Assembly (NCBI GenBank): GCA_965221905.1
Contig: OZ244922.1
Coordinates: 768,001-832,000 of the forward strand
Source of the DNA: Chloroflexota bacterium
GTDB lineage: Bacteria; Chloroflexota; UBA11872; VXOZ01
Length of the DNA stretch: 64,000 nt
Direction of reading: 5' to 3'
The translations under genes and the position numbers were made by a program. Every line of letters begins with the position of its first letter. Position 1 is the stretch's first letter. Below are positions 1 through 9,308 of the stretch, one piece after another. The notes beneath the pieces are model-generated. The model worked only from the letters and a program-made list of their open reading frames with translations, searched no databases and had not been told where the DNA came from.

Positions 1-26
1 AGGGGCACGACATGTCGTGCCCCTAC
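1..26. repeat. REP-like palindrome family A (GTAGGGGCACGACATGTCGTGCCCCTAC), cut by window edge
   Basis: Matches the copies at 2211, 17363 and 38561; GTAG...CTAC ends typical of RAYT-associated REPs. Confidence 0.85.
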
Positions 27-258
27 CCATAGGACAGCCGCAATTCTATCTCGTCATTGCCACGGGAGCGGGAATCCCTCTTCCTTGCATAGGTAGACTA
101 TCGTCTCCTGTCAGAATTGCTTGTTACATACCTCTTCGATGCCCTAGACTCCGGCGCAAGCCGAAGTGGCGAATAGCGTCGTTCGTTTAGCGGGTCACCG
201 TTCAACCTTCGACAAGTTCAGGGCGAATGGGGTCCATGGCCGCAGCTTGACAGTCGAA

Positions 259-281
259 CGGGGGACAAGCCCCCGCGCTAC
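259..281. repeat. REP-like palindrome family B (GTAGCGCGGGGGACAAGCCCCCGCGCTAC), partial
   Basis: Related copies at 6041-6063, 19219-19242, 20663-20691 (complete), 41422-41445, 47387-47410, 59404-59427. Confidence 0.8.
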
Positions 282-341
282 GAGAAGCGCCAAGAAGTGC
301 AACTGCAACTTTCCCAAGTCTTTGGTCTCGTAGATCAACCC

Positions 342-369
342 GTAGGGGCACGATTTATCGTGCCCCTAC
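342..369. repeat. REP-like palindrome family A variant
   Basis: GTAGGGGCACGATTTATCGTGCCCCTAC. Confidence 0.85.
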
Positions 370-790
370 TCGTAATTTGTATGTTGTTAAGGGCGCGCAA
401 ATGAGCGAAGTTGTGAGGGCAACGCGAGGGGCGCGTCGTCCGTCAATCCGGCGCAAGCGGGAATCAATCTTGTCTTGCAGCCGATAGCGCTGCGCAAGCG
501 TGAAAGAGCCCCAGGCAGCGGCCTCTTGTCTGGCGCGGCTTACAATCGCAGCCCAAGTTTGTGTACATCCAACAGGTTTGACCTCCGCTAATGTATTGCA
601 TCAACACGGCGCTTCCGCCATAATTCAAGTTACGGATTGCCCTCAATGCATTTGGGTGAGAGAAAGGAGGACGACAACTGGCTACATACCATAAGAGGGG
701 ATCCGACCGACGTTCCTTTCCTAACCGTGTTTGCGTGTCGTTCTTATTCACGTTTGACTTATCAAGAAAGCAAGTCGGGAGGCTAAGCAC

Positions 791-2178
791 ATGAAAACTG
801 GTGACAGTGAGACCCGTTTGACGCGTCGCTCAGTGCTGTGGTAGGCGGAGGCACAATTGGCGCAATCGCTCTGGCCGCCTGTGGGCAGGCGACAATCACC
901 GAAGCACCTGCGGAAGACGTGCCTGAGGAGAAGGAAGCAGAAGCGAAAGAGCCGGAGCCACAGGCAGAGCCCGTAAACCTAGATTGGGCGCTCTGGGGTG
1001 ACTCCACGTGGGTGGAAGCGGCGCAGGCCGGCGCCGATGTGTACACGGCAGACAACCCTAACGTCACTTTAAACGTCCTCGGCGTAAAGGACAGTCCGGC
1101 AGTCTACATTACGGCCTGGGTGGCCGGGTCCGGACCCGACATTGCGATGACGTGGGGCACGAATCTCGTCCAAGCGGGACGGGAGGGTCTGCTGCTCAAC
1201 ATGGATCCCTACATCAAGCGCGACAGCTTCCCCATGGATGACTACATTCCCTTCCAGCTTGGCGCTATGCGCTGGCCGGAGACGGGTCAGTTCGGCCTGC
1301 CTATGTACATCAACGTGTACGTGCTCTGGTACAACAAGCAGGTCTTCGAAAAGAAGGGCATGGCCTTACCCGATGACACGTGGGGCTGGGACGAATACCA
1401 GGAGGCGATGCTCAGGCTTACCGACCGCCCCAACACCGTATTTGGCGGCGTGGACGCGGGCTGGGGCCGCGGCATTTGGAAGATCATACAAAACGGCGGC
1501 ACCGTTGTTGATCCGGAAAATGATCGCCACGCCACCTTCGATAGCCCTCAGGCCATTGAAGCCATGGAGTGGGTGCACGCCCGCTTCCACCAGGACCGGA
1601 GCATGGTGCACGGTGAGGAGTGGGCGGCGCTGGACCGCAGCAAGGTCCAGGCCCTCATGCAGGGCACGCTGGCAACCTGGGAAGAAGGATCTTGGGGGCC
1701 GGGGCAGTACTCGATAGACTTCCCCGAGAATGTCGCGGACTGGGACGTGGCCCCACTGCCGCAGGGTCCGGTAGCCCGTGCTACCCAAGGCTCCATCGAC
1801 GCGTGGGTGGTTTGGGCAGGCACGAAAGACCCGGATACGGCTTGGGACTTCATGAAATTCCTGCAGACCGATACGTATCTCGACTTGCAATGCCAGATTG
1901 CCAGCATTCAGCATCCGCGTGCCTCTCTGCAGGACCGTTACATCAGCATCATGAGCGAGAACTTCCCGGCGCTCGCGGACAAGAATCTCGACGCCTTTGC
2001 GCATCCGGTGCGGGGCAAGTACGCCTGGCCGAACGGCGGCCTCTTCCGCAAAGATGCCGATGTGTTCGGCCTCCTCGCGGAAGCATGGCAGACGGCCATT
2101 GTGGAGGATAAAATCACGGTGGCGGAGGCGTTCACCGACGCCGCCAAGCGCGCCAATGTGCTGATGGCGGAGGGCTAG
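791..2178 (+). CDS. ABC sugar-type extracellular solute-binding lipoprotein (family 1) with a frameshift in its Tat signal peptide
   Basis: GGGAGG SD, then ATG 791 reads MKTGDSETRLTRRSVL and stops at 842; ORF from 838 continues VVGGGTIGAIALAACG (lipobox) into a typical SBP body (GPDI, GLP, YNK..F, WDVAPLP). Confidence 0.8.
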
Positions 2179-2204
2179 TAGTCCTCCACCAGCGAGAGTA
2201 TGAT

Positions 2205-2244
2205 GCTCACGTAGGGGCACGACATGTCGTGCCCCTACGTGAGC
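2205..2244. repeat. REP family A copy inside a perfect 40-bp palindrome
   Basis: GCTCAC-GTAGGGGCACGACATGTCGTGCCCCTAC-GTGAGC. Confidence 0.9.
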
Positions 2245-2275
2245 GCGGCAGTGCTATTGCAAGGGATCGAAACCT

Positions 2276-3286
2276 ATGCTCGTTACGACCACCGGACGGT
2301 TTCCGATTGTGAGCAACGGTCAACACCCCTTGCGCGCCGCGGTCGAGGAGTGGCGGGAGCGAGAGACGCCTACGCCCGCAAGCGCGTGGCAAGACAGCGC
2401 CTTGCGATCGGTGCAGGCCGAGACTCAAGCGGAACTGCTCGCTGCGCAGGACGACGCCGGTGCGGACATTCTCGATCCCGGGTTCGTGCCCGTCCACGAC
2501 GAGTGGTTCCAAATGGCGCGAGTGGTACCTGACCTGGAAGTCGCCGCTCCGCTCCGCTACCTGGACACGAACACCTATTACCACCACTGGAAACTGGATC
2601 GGGTGCCAACACGCAGGGCAGAGAGCCCTATCGTCAGCGCCTATCGGCACGCCGCCTCACTAACCGACAGACCCATTAAGCCCACGCTCTTTGGCCCGTA
2701 CACCATTTGGGCGTATGCGGACCGGCAGGGGGAAGGCGATACGCCGGATGCATTCGCGGCGCTGGTGGACATGTGGGCGGCAGACGTCGCTGCCCTGGCT
2801 GCTGCTGGCGCACGCTTCATCCAGATCGAAGAGTCGGTAATCCTGCGCCCCAAGCATCGCGCCGACTTTCCGCTGGTTGCAAATGCCATGGAGCAAATTG
2901 CCGGTGCAGCACCGGATGCGACCGTAATCGTGCACTTGGCATGCGGCGCGATTGGCGATCTGCTCCGGCCGTTTCTCGAAATTCCCGGCCTGGGCGGACT
3001 GGGATTGGACTTCACCGACGCCTATCGCGCGCCCAATCTAGCAGCCCTCGCCGATTGGCACGGCAATGCAGTGCTTCAGGCCGGTATTGCCGACGCACGC
3101 CACTTCCGCGTCGAAACTGAAGCAGAGCTGCAGGAAACCCTAACCGCAGTCACTGCCACTGTTCCTGCGGAGAATTGCTGGGCCGCGCCGAGCACGGCAC
3201 TCCTCTACCTGCCGCGCCACGCCGCATTTGAAAAGCTTGCCACGCTGGCGCACATTGCTCATCGATTTGGCGGAAACGGGGAATAG
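2276..3286 (+). CDS. Cobalamin-independent methionine synthase, N-terminal-half-like protein (split MetE part 1)
   Basis: RYLDTNTYY (cf. WFDTNYHY), FGPYT, IQIEE, GLDF, APSTALLYLP, AFEKL; lacks the full Zn ligand set. Confidence 0.75.
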   Translation: MLVTTTGRFPIVSNGQHPLRAAVEEWRERETPTPASAWQDSALRSVQAETQAELLAAQDDAGADILDPGFVPVHDEWFQMARVVPDLEVAAPLRYLDTNTYYHHWKLDRVPTRRAESPIVSAYRHAASLTDRPIKPTLFGPYTIWAYADRQGEGDTPDAFAALVDMWAADVAALAAAGARFIQIEESVILRPKHRADFPLVANAMEQIAGAAPDATVIVHLACGAIGDLLRPFLEIPGLGGLGLDFTDAYRAPNLAALADWHGNAVLQAGIADARHFRVETEAELQETLTAVTATVPAENCWAAPSTALLYLPRHAAFEKLATLAHIAHRFGGNGE

Positions 3287-3288
3287 TA

Positions 3289-4284
3289 ATGAAGAATCTC
3301 CCGCTCTTACCGGTTTCCAGCATTGGCAGCTTGCCGAAACCGCCCGACCTCTTCCGCGCGGAGATGGCGCCGCTGGAGCAGCAGGACCACGCTTGGATGC
3401 GCCGCAGCCAAGAGACGGCGGTTGCAGATTGGATTGCAACCCAGGAGAAACTCGGTGTCGACGTGCTTGTCGATGGCGAGCAGTACCGGCGTTCTATGAC
3501 GACCTACTTCCTAGAAGGCTGGGGCTGCGCCGACATCGATCCGGATCCGGTGTGGGTGTTGGACAACATGTACGGCCAGCGGGCGGTCATCAAGCGCCCG
3601 GCCACCAAGCCGCGCTCGTTGCTGGTAGACTGGTACCGCTACGCTGCATCCCACGCACGGAGCGACGTAAAGGTCACGGTCACCGGCCCCTATACGTTGC
3701 GGGACTGGGTCTTCGATCTTTACTACCCCGATCGCCGGGCGGCAGTGTTGGGCTTGGCGGAGTACGTCCGTGAGGAGGTTCATGCGCTCGTGGCTGCGGG
3801 TGTGCGGTACCTCCAGATTGATGAACCGGCGTTCGTCACCCGCTACGACCAACCGGAAGAGCTAGATGTGGCGATAGAAGCCATGCACCGCATATGCTCC
3901 GATATTCCCGAGCACGTCACGGTCTTCACCCACATGTGCTACGGCGCGTTTCATGAGGTCTATCCCAAGATGCTGGAACTGCCGGCGCATGTGTTCTGCC
4001 TGGAGCTTGCGCACGTCTCGCCCGATCTGCTCGACATATTGCGCAGGCACCCGTTCCCTGCCAACCGGGGAATGGGCTATGGCGTTGTGGATGCACAGGA
4101 CCCCCGTGTAGAATCGGTACAGGAGATCGAGGCGCGCATCCGCCTGGCTCTGGAGTACTTCGCACCGGAGCAACTGTGGATAAACCCCGATTGCGGTCTG
4201 CAGGCTATTCCTTACGAATCTGCGGTGGCTAAACTGGAAAACATAATGGAAGCCACACACCGCGTGCGCCAATCGCTTGCCTAA
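3289..4284 (+). CDS. metE: Cobalamin-independent methionine synthase, catalytic C-terminal-half protein (split MetE part 2)
   Basis: IGSLPKP, DGE, TGPYTL, QIDEPA, Zn ligands HMC / LE / NPDCGL. Confidence 0.85.
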   Translation: MKNLPLLPVSSIGSLPKPPDLFRAEMAPLEQQDHAWMRRSQETAVADWIATQEKLGVDVLVDGEQYRRSMTTYFLEGWGCADIDPDPVWVLDNMYGQRAVIKRPATKPRSLLVDWYRYAASHARSDVKVTVTGPYTLRDWVFDLYYPDRRAAVLGLAEYVREEVHALVAAGVRYLQIDEPAFVTRYDQPEELDVAIEAMHRICSDIPEHVTVFTHMCYGAFHEVYPKMLELPAHVFCLELAHVSPDLLDILRRHPFPANRGMGYGVVDAQDPRVESVQEIEARIRLALEYFAPEQLWINPDCGLQAIPYESAVAKLENIMEATHRVRQSLA

Positions 4285-4312
4285 ACCTCTTCGTAGAAAA
4301 TGAAAGGCTGCC

Positions 4313-4714
4313 ATGAATAGTCGTCAGGATAGTGAGACCCTCGTGAACATCGTAGCGTGGTTGTACATTGGCCTCAGCATTCTGGGTCTCTTCGTAGCGG
4401 GCCTGGTCTTTCTTGTATTTGTGGGTATCGGGCTGTTGATGGCCGCCGCCGATGAATCGGAGGCCATGGGCATCTTGGCGGTTTTCGGCACTTTCGTTGG
4501 CGCGTTTCTGTTCCTCTTATCGGTACCGGGGTTTGTTGGCGGCATTGGGCTGCTGAAGCGACAGGCGTGGGCGCGTATCCTGGTGCTTATCCTCAGCGCG
4601 TTCCAACTGTTCAACGTGCCCTTCGGCACCTGCGTGGGGGTCTACTCCTTCTGGGCGCTGACACGGGAAGAAACCATGGCGCTCTTTGGTGAAAAGAGGG
4701 GCTGGAAAGAGTAA
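4313..4714 (+). CDS. Small integral membrane protein of unknown function
   Basis: 3-4 hydrophobic helices, GLLKRQAWARIL..PFGT..G.Y motif; AAAGG SD. Confidence 0.75.
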   Translation: MNSRQDSETLVNIVAWLYIGLSILGLFVAGLVFLVFVGIGLLMAAADESEAMGILAVFGTFVGAFLFLLSVPGFVGGIGLLKRQAWARILVLILSAFQLFNVPFGTCVGVYSFWALTREETMALFGEKRGWKE

Positions 4715-4782
4715 GTTGCTTGCGTCTTGGCATAGTGTAAGACTGGCGAATTTCCTTACCACCTGCAGGAGGAATCATTGCG

Positions 4783-5841
4783 ATGAGTGTCAGTACACGA
4801 CCGTACATCGATCCGGTTGAGGGGCTAATCGCCCGCGCCAAACAGACCGCTGCGCCTTTGGGCCTGCCGACTACTGCTTCAGAATGGCGCGCCTGGCATG
4901 AACGCACGCTGAGACAGGTGCGGGAGATGATCGGGGCGTATCCCGATCCGGTACCGCTCAACGTGGAGGTGGTCGAGCGCCACGACGAGGGCAGCTACAT
5001 TCGGGAGAAGATTCTCTACGATAGCGAGGCCTTTGCTACCGTACCTGCCTGGCTGTTCACGCCCAAAGACATCGCGGAGGGCGAAAAGCGGCCTGCCATT
5101 CTCTGCGCGCACGGCCACGGGCGCGGCAAGGATGATCCCGCAGGTATCTTGCCCCCACAAGACGATCCCAATTACGCGCAGATGAAGGAACGGCAGTCCG
5201 GCGTAAACTATGCCCAACAGCTTGCCGAGCATGGGTATGTCTGTCTGGCCCCCGATTGGCGTGGATTTGGTGAGCGAACCGGCCCGCAGGAGTGGCGGCG
5301 CGACTCAAGAGACGGCTGCAACGCGCTCTATTTGGGGTATGGCTACCTGGGATTCCAGTTGCTTGCTCTGGACATCTGGGATGGAATGCGCGGAATCGAT
5401 CTGCTCCAAGGGCTGCCGTGCGTGGATCCGGACCGCATCGGCATGATCGGTCTTTCTTTTGGCGGAACCATGACGACTTACCTCTCGGCCCTGGACGAGC
5501 GCGTCCGCTGCGCCGACATTGTCTGCTACCTCAGCACGCTTGAGGACGCCATCGGCCATCGTGGACGGGGCAACACCTGCGGTTCGCAATTCGCCCGCGG
5601 CCTGCTGACCTTTGGCGACATTGCTTCCGTGGCCGGACTAATAGCCCCGCGTCCCTGCCTCGTGGAGGTTGGCGAACTTGATGACTGTTTCGTCAAGGAC
5701 GACGCACTGCGCTGCTACGCTGACGTGGAACGCATCTACGCCGCCGCCGGCGCTGGCGATAGACTCGACCTGGACCTTCATCCCGGCGGACACGCTTTCA
5801 GCGGCGCGAAAGCGTTCGACTGGTTCGCGAAGTGGCTGTAA
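4783..5841 (+). CDS. Alpha/beta hydrolase (dienelactone hydrolase / Abhydrolase_7-like)
   Basis: AILCAHGHG, APDWRGFGER, nucleophile elbow GLSFGG, C-terminal PGGH; AGGAGG SD. Confidence 0.85.
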   Translation: MSVSTRPYIDPVEGLIARAKQTAAPLGLPTTASEWRAWHERTLRQVREMIGAYPDPVPLNVEVVERHDEGSYIREKILYDSEAFATVPAWLFTPKDIAEGEKRPAILCAHGHGRGKDDPAGILPPQDDPNYAQMKERQSGVNYAQQLAEHGYVCLAPDWRGFGERTGPQEWRRDSRDGCNALYLGYGYLGFQLLALDIWDGMRGIDLLQGLPCVDPDRIGMIGLSFGGTMTTYLSALDERVRCADIVCYLSTLEDAIGHRGRGNTCGSQFARGLLTFGDIASVAGLIAPRPCLVEVGELDDCFVKDDALRCYADVERIYAAAGAGDRLDLDLHPGGHAFSGAKAFDWFAKWL

Positions 5842-6125
5842 GACGGGTCTTGTAAGAAGAGAACAGCTTACGCTCACGGGAGCGCAATGGGGTTGCGTAC
5901 GATAGGGCGGTCGCCGCTTCGTCACCAAGCCTAATAGGACGTGGTGGAGTATGCAGCGGCGATAGGCTGTGCAGCACTTAGCCGTCACTCTCGCGCACGG
6001 GTAATCCGACCGCTCTACCCGGTATGCACATCGTCCACTGCGGGGGACAAGCCACCGCGCTTCGGTGCTGCATACTTGCATAGCAGCGACCGCTGGCGCC
6101 GGCGGCGTGGGCAAGCCGAGAGTGC

Positions 6126-7424
6126 CTACCTATGCCCCGCGCCATCACGCAGTATGGGCGCTTTCGTTTCCGCCAGCCTTTCGAGCAACGCCGCGCCGGT
6201 CCCGCCCGCGTCGTACTGCCGCAAGGTTCGCCCAAGCGCCTCAGCCCGTTCGCGCATTGCGACTGACATTAGCGCGGTCTCGATTGCCGCGCGCAGCGCC
6301 GCGCTCGAGACGCTGTAGGGGTCAACGGACGTGCCGGCGCCGAGCCACCGGATGCGCTGGGCGTTGTCCGGCTGGTCGTCTGCAAACGGCACGACGACGG
6401 CGGGTTTGCCGTGCAACAGCGTGCCCAGCGTGGAACTCACTCCGCCGTGATGCAGGACGATTTGCGCTTTCGGAATGATAATGCTGTTCGGCACGTAGCG
6501 CTCCACGCGCACGTTGCCAGGCGGGGTAGGCAGGTCTGCAAGGTTGCCGCCAGTGGTCACGACTACGTCCGCATCGAGTCCGCGCGCCGCTTCGAACAGC
6601 GTGCTGAAGAATGACGATTGGTAGACACTCTGAACCGTGCCGATAGTGGCATAGACAAGTGGGCGGCCGCTTGGCAGGGCTTCCAGCCACGCGGGTTCCG
6701 CGTAGTCTTGGGGGCGGTCCCAGAGGGAAGGGCCGACGAAATGCACAGCAGGCGGCCAAGAGGGCCGGGGGTATTCGAACTCCGGCGGCGTCAGCGCAAG
6801 CACCAGGTACGGAGAGATGGTGCTTTCTAGGTAACTGTCGCGGATCGGCGGCAGGCTGAATTGGGCGCGAATAGCGTTGAACTGGCGGTCGTGCCGGCGG
6901 GCGGCAAGGCGGAACAGCCGCCGGAGAAGCGGCGCAGCAAGGCGCTGGAGCGGATTGGGAGGGTAGGTAAGGCCCAATCCGTAAGGATGCGCGTTCATGC
7001 TATCCAGCAGCCCCGGCACCACGGTTGTGGTAGCCCAGGGTAGGCCGCTAATGTCCGCCACGATGCTCGCGGGGTGCGTAAAGGCGTCGAAGACGAGCAC
7101 GTCCGGCTGAAATGACGCCGTAACGTCCAGCACCTCTTGGGCGATGCTCGCGGCGAACGGAAACATGACCTCGCGAATCATGAAGTTCAGGCGTTTTAGG
7201 CCGCGCAGCTTGCCCATCTCCGGCCACCACTTTTGAATAGCCTCTGCCGATGCATCCGGCCCCACCGGGAAGAATTGCGTGACCAACGGCCCTACGGTCT
7301 GCGCCATGTTCGGGCCGGTGGCGTAGCCCACGGCGTTGCCCCGTTCCATCAGCGCTTGCACGATGGGGAGCGTTGGATTTACGTGCCCGGAGGCAGGTAT
7401 CGAGACAAAGAGAAAGCGTGGCAT
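6126..7424 (-). CDS. GT1 (MGT / UDP-glycosyltransferase) family glycosyltransferase
   Basis: N-terminal SGHVNP; PSPG-like HHGG..S..G.P.VVVPFADDQPDNA. Confidence 0.9.
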   Translation of the reverse strand: MPRFLFVSIPASGHVNPTLPIVQALMERGNAVGYATGPNMAQTVGPLVTQFFPVGPDASAEAIQKWWPEMGKLRGLKRLNFMIREVMFPFAASIAQEVLDVTASFQPDVLVFDAFTHPASIVADISGLPWATTTVVPGLLDSMNAHPYGLGLTYPPNPLQRLAAPLLRRLFRLAARRHDRQFNAIRAQFSLPPIRDSYLESTISPYLVLALTPPEFEYPRPSWPPAVHFVGPSLWDRPQDYAEPAWLEALPSGRPLVYATIGTVQSVYQSSFFSTLFEAARGLDADVVVTTGGNLADLPTPPGNVRVERYVPNSIIIPKAQIVLHHGGVSSTLGTLLHGKPAVVVPFADDQPDNAQRIRWLGAGTSVDPYSVSSAALRAAIETALMSVAMRERAEALGRTLRQYDAGGTGAALLERLAETKAPILRDGAGHR

Positions 7425-7818
7425 CTAATTTCGTTCCAAGGGCAGGCTTTAGTAACTTGCGGTCTCGCCAGCACTGCATATTAGTCGCCAGGCGAAACTG
7501 CCATAGTACAATAGTAGCAAAGGTGGCGGCAGGCAAGATGACCGGCCCCGGCAATGCGTGAGAGCCGAGACACCCATATCAATCACAGGGCAGATTTTCC
7601 GAGGCTCAGCCGAGCAAGCGGGATGAAACTGAAATGACAAAGATTCGCCCGCACCCCCGTATCGAGTGCGGGAAAGGCTCTAGTCCTTTCCCCGAAGAAG
7701 AGGGGAATGTTTGTGCCCTGCCTGGGAATTTCAACGGTCTTTGGCAGCGTGAACCTAGGCTTGCCCAAGAAGCGATGCAGGCTTCAAACCTACGCTACTG
7801 CAATCGCGAGTGCGCGGC

Positions 7819-9171
7819 ATGAATCCCACGTCCCTTGACGGTAAGGCGCGCCATGGCACCGAGGACCTTTCCGCCTGCCGGGCCGTGGTGATGGGGCTGG
7901 GACTGCATGGCGGCGGCGTTGGCGTGGCGCAATACCTGGCGGCGCAGGGCGCTGCCGTGACGGTAACTGACCTGCGGGATGAGGAGACATTGCGCCCATC
8001 GCTGGCAGAGCTGGAAGGCCTGCCGCTCCGATTCGTACTGGGACGCCACGAGGAGAAGGACTTTCAGCACGCGGACCTCGTGGTGCGCAATCCCGCTGTG
8101 CCGCTTGATTCACCATACCTGGCGTTGGCGCGGAAGGCCGGTGCCCGCATCGAGATGGAAAGCAGTCTTTTCATAAGGGCGTGTCCCAGCCCTTACATTG
8201 CGGGCATTACGGGCACGAAAGGCAAGACCACGACCACAGTGCTGCTTTCCCAGATGCTGGCTGCCGCCGGTTACCACGTCATTACCGCCGGTAACTTGCG
8301 AATCTCGATGCTGAGCCAATTACCGGCAATCGGCGAAACTACCCGGGTGGTGCTGGAGCTTTCGAGTTGGCAATTGGAAGCCTTCGTACCTCATGCGTAC
8401 AGTCCGCCGCTGGCTGTGGTGACGAACGTGCTGCCCGATCACCTGAATCGCTATGCCGGCATGGATGACTATGCCGCCGCCAAGGAGATTAACGTGCGCT
8501 ACCAGCGTCCGGACGATGTGGCTGTCCTCAACCGGGGCAATGCCTACACCCGGCAATTCGGCGCGCGCGCGCCGGGCAAGGTGGTGTGGTTTTCAGACCA
8601 AGTCATGATTCCTGGGGAAGCAGATTCGCCTGTTCGCGGCGCCCACCAGCGGGAGAACATGGCCGCGGCGAGCGCCGCGGCGCGGGTGTGGGGCGTGGGC
8701 GATGCTGCTGTTGCGTCGGTGGTGCAGAATTTCACCGGTGTGCCGCATCGGCAAGAGCTGGTGCGGGAATGGCGCGGCATCCGCTTCATCAATGACACCA
8801 CCGCTACCATGCCCACCGCGACGGTTGCCTGCATCGAGAGTGTTCCCGGGCCGAAGATTCTGCTCCTGGGCGGCGCGGACAAGAAGCTTGATTTCACGGG
8901 ACTGGCGCAGGCGCTGCGCGTTCATCAAGACGCTATTCACGGTATTGTGCTCTTGGAAGGCAGCGCCACAGACCGGTTGGCAGAAAACTTGCCCCTCCCC
9001 GTCGCGGGCCGGTATCAAGACCTGGCAGAGGCGCTCACGCAGGCTGTAGCACTCGCCCGCGCCGGAGACGCGGTAATCCTCTCGCCGGGCTGCGCTTCTT
9101 TCGGCATGTTCCAGCACGAGTTCGAGCGCGGCGAGGCCTTCCGCAAGTGGGTCTCAGCGCTGCATGAGTGA
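7819..9171 (+). CDS. murD: UDP-N-acetylmuramoyl-L-alanine--D-glutamate ligase
   Basis: GLGLHGGG, ITGTKGKTTTT, ELSSWQL, PDHLNRY, HRQE, INDT, GGADK, LSPGCASF.MF. Confidence 0.92.
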   Translation: MNPTSLDGKARHGTEDLSACRAVVMGLGLHGGGVGVAQYLAAQGAAVTVTDLRDEETLRPSLAELEGLPLRFVLGRHEEKDFQHADLVVRNPAVPLDSPYLALARKAGARIEMESSLFIRACPSPYIAGITGTKGKTTTTVLLSQMLAAAGYHVITAGNLRISMLSQLPAIGETTRVVLELSSWQLEAFVPHAYSPPLAVVTNVLPDHLNRYAGMDDYAAAKEINVRYQRPDDVAVLNRGNAYTRQFGARAPGKVVWFSDQVMIPGEADSPVRGAHQRENMAAASAAARVWGVGDAAVASVVQNFTGVPHRQELVREWRGIRFINDTTATMPTATVACIESVPGPKILLLGGADKKLDFTGLAQALRVHQDAIHGIVLLEGSATDRLAENLPLPVAGRYQDLAEALTQAVALARAGDAVILSPGCASFGMFQHEFERGEAFRKWVSALHE

Positions 9172-9308
9172 CCAAATATGTCCGGTCACCTAAGCGAGAC
9201 CAGGCAAACCCAAGTGGCAGCATCGACAAGGTAACTACCAAAGTGGCGCTACGCACCTTGCGCAACGGCTAGCCAAGAGCATTAGACATTAGCAGAAACG
9301 GAACGCGT

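Noticed and set aside
758-790. SAM-I riboswitch (CTTATCAAGA upstream of metE-like genes)
   Set aside because: The rest of the aptamer (GAGGGA..GGCCC, GCAACC, GTGC, closing GATAAG) is missing and the ATG follows too soon
2224-2532. Small ORFs beginning MSCPY (also 38574) or ending VIPAKAGI
   Set aside because: These are translations of REP sequences, not genes
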